Source: an uncultured Oscillospiraceae bacterium (GTDB lineage Bacteria > Bacillota > Clostridia > Christensenellales > Aristaeellaceae). From it: a DNA stretch of 64,000 nt. The stretch spans positions 6,719-70,718 of the forward strand of contig CAZKQB010000009.1 in the NCBI GenBank assembly GCA_964554795.1, in the 5' to 3' direction. A program made the translations under genes and the position numbers. Below, piece after piece: positions 63,576 through 64,000 of this stretch. The notes beneath the pieces were generated by a model. It searched no databases, had not been told where the DNA came from, and saw only the letters and a list, made by a program, of their open reading frames with translations. The stretch's first letter is position 1. Each line of letters opens with the position of its first letter.

Positions 63576-64000
63576 GTGATCGATCAGATAGAAAAACCCA
63601 AAATTGAACGTGTGGAAATCGGTGAGAGCAACCGATACGGCAAGTTCATCGTCAATCCGCTTGAGCGTGGTTTTGGCCAGACGTTGGGCAATGCGCTTCG
63701 CCGCGTGCTGCTCAATTCCCTGCCGGGCGTTGCCGTGACCAGCGTTCGCATCGAGGGCGTTCAGCATGAGTTTTCCACCATTCCCGGCGTCAAAGAGGAC
63801 GTCGCGGAAATCATTCTGAACCTCAAGCTTCTTTCGGCAAAGTTGTTCACCGACCAGCCCAAAATCCTCACTGTGGAGGCGCGCGACGCATGTGAAGTGA
63901 CGGCCGCGGACATCAAGTGCGACGACGAAGTCGAGATCGTGAATCCCGAGCTTCACATCGCTACGCTGTCTGAAGGCGCGCATCTGCAGATGCAGATCAC
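63576..64000 (+). CDS. rpoA: DNA-directed RNA polymerase alpha subunit, N-terminal part (runs off the right edge)
   Basis: GTG at 63576, 9 nt after AGGAGG. (M)[50 protein letters not shown]-type sequence. An in-frame ATG at 63555 is the alternative start. Confidence 0.9.
   Translation, partial: [141 protein letters not shown]

Noticed and set aside
1-64000. Search for CRISPR arrays, IS elements, integrases, phage genes, toxin-antitoxin pairs and classical defence genes
   Set aside because: No regularly spaced repeats were found. No transposase, recombinase or RT-like ORF appears in the six-frame track, and I recognise no small adjacent TA-like gene pairs. The window appears free of these elements.

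Overview
GC-rich (by eye roughly 55-60%) chromosomal segment that looks like a spore-forming Clostridia genome. Supporting genes: CotF-type spore coat genes, LCP, class A PBP, rpsO-pnp-M16 peptidase, and an rpsM-rpsK-rpsD-rpoA alpha operon. I call 54 protein-coding genes (two truncated by the window edges), one tRNA-Arg(CCT), and a set of sigma-70-like promoters and hairpin terminators. I saw no rRNA, CRISPR array, transposase, integrase or phage gene.

Functionally the window is mostly glycan-utilisation loci interleaved with housekeeping genes:
- Locus 1 (1-11 kb): a GH95-like hydrolase, an LplABC-type ABC importer, a clan GH-D alpha-galactosidase-like enzyme, ThuA, a Gfo/Idh/MocA oxidoreductase and a membrane-spanning AraC regulator.
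- A GH42 beta-galactosidase and a stand-alone nahK.
- Locus 2 (43-48.7 kb): LacI, an unassigned 610-aa protein, a GH105/88 hydrolase and an alkaline-phosphatase-superfamily enzyme.
- Locus 3 (48.8-56.6 kb): a second LplABC-type importer, a 2-hydroxyacid dehydrogenase, AraC, a xylose-isomerase-like TIM barrel and a Gfo/Idh/MocA oxidoreductase.
- A GH127 gene overlapping an RNA methyltransferase gene.

Most unusual observations:
1. An orphan ~0.5 kb GC-rich, ORF-free, hairpin-dense segment (40190-40700) inside a small AT-rich accessory patch. It is a candidate large structured RNA that I cannot assign to any known class by eye.
2. A three-gene redox operon: membrane-anchored flavodoxin-like protein, DUF362 with two 4Fe-4S motifs, and a D-2-hydroxyacid dehydrogenase.
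3. Two loci whose gene content suggests oxidative (3-keto-glycoside) glycan cleavage.
4. A GH105-linked 610-aa protein that could be an unclassified polysaccharide lyase.
5. An ABC-2/GldG/DUF4340 four-gene system preceded by a long purine-rich untranslated spacer.

All functional calls come from reading the translated ORFs and recognising motifs. No database search was run.
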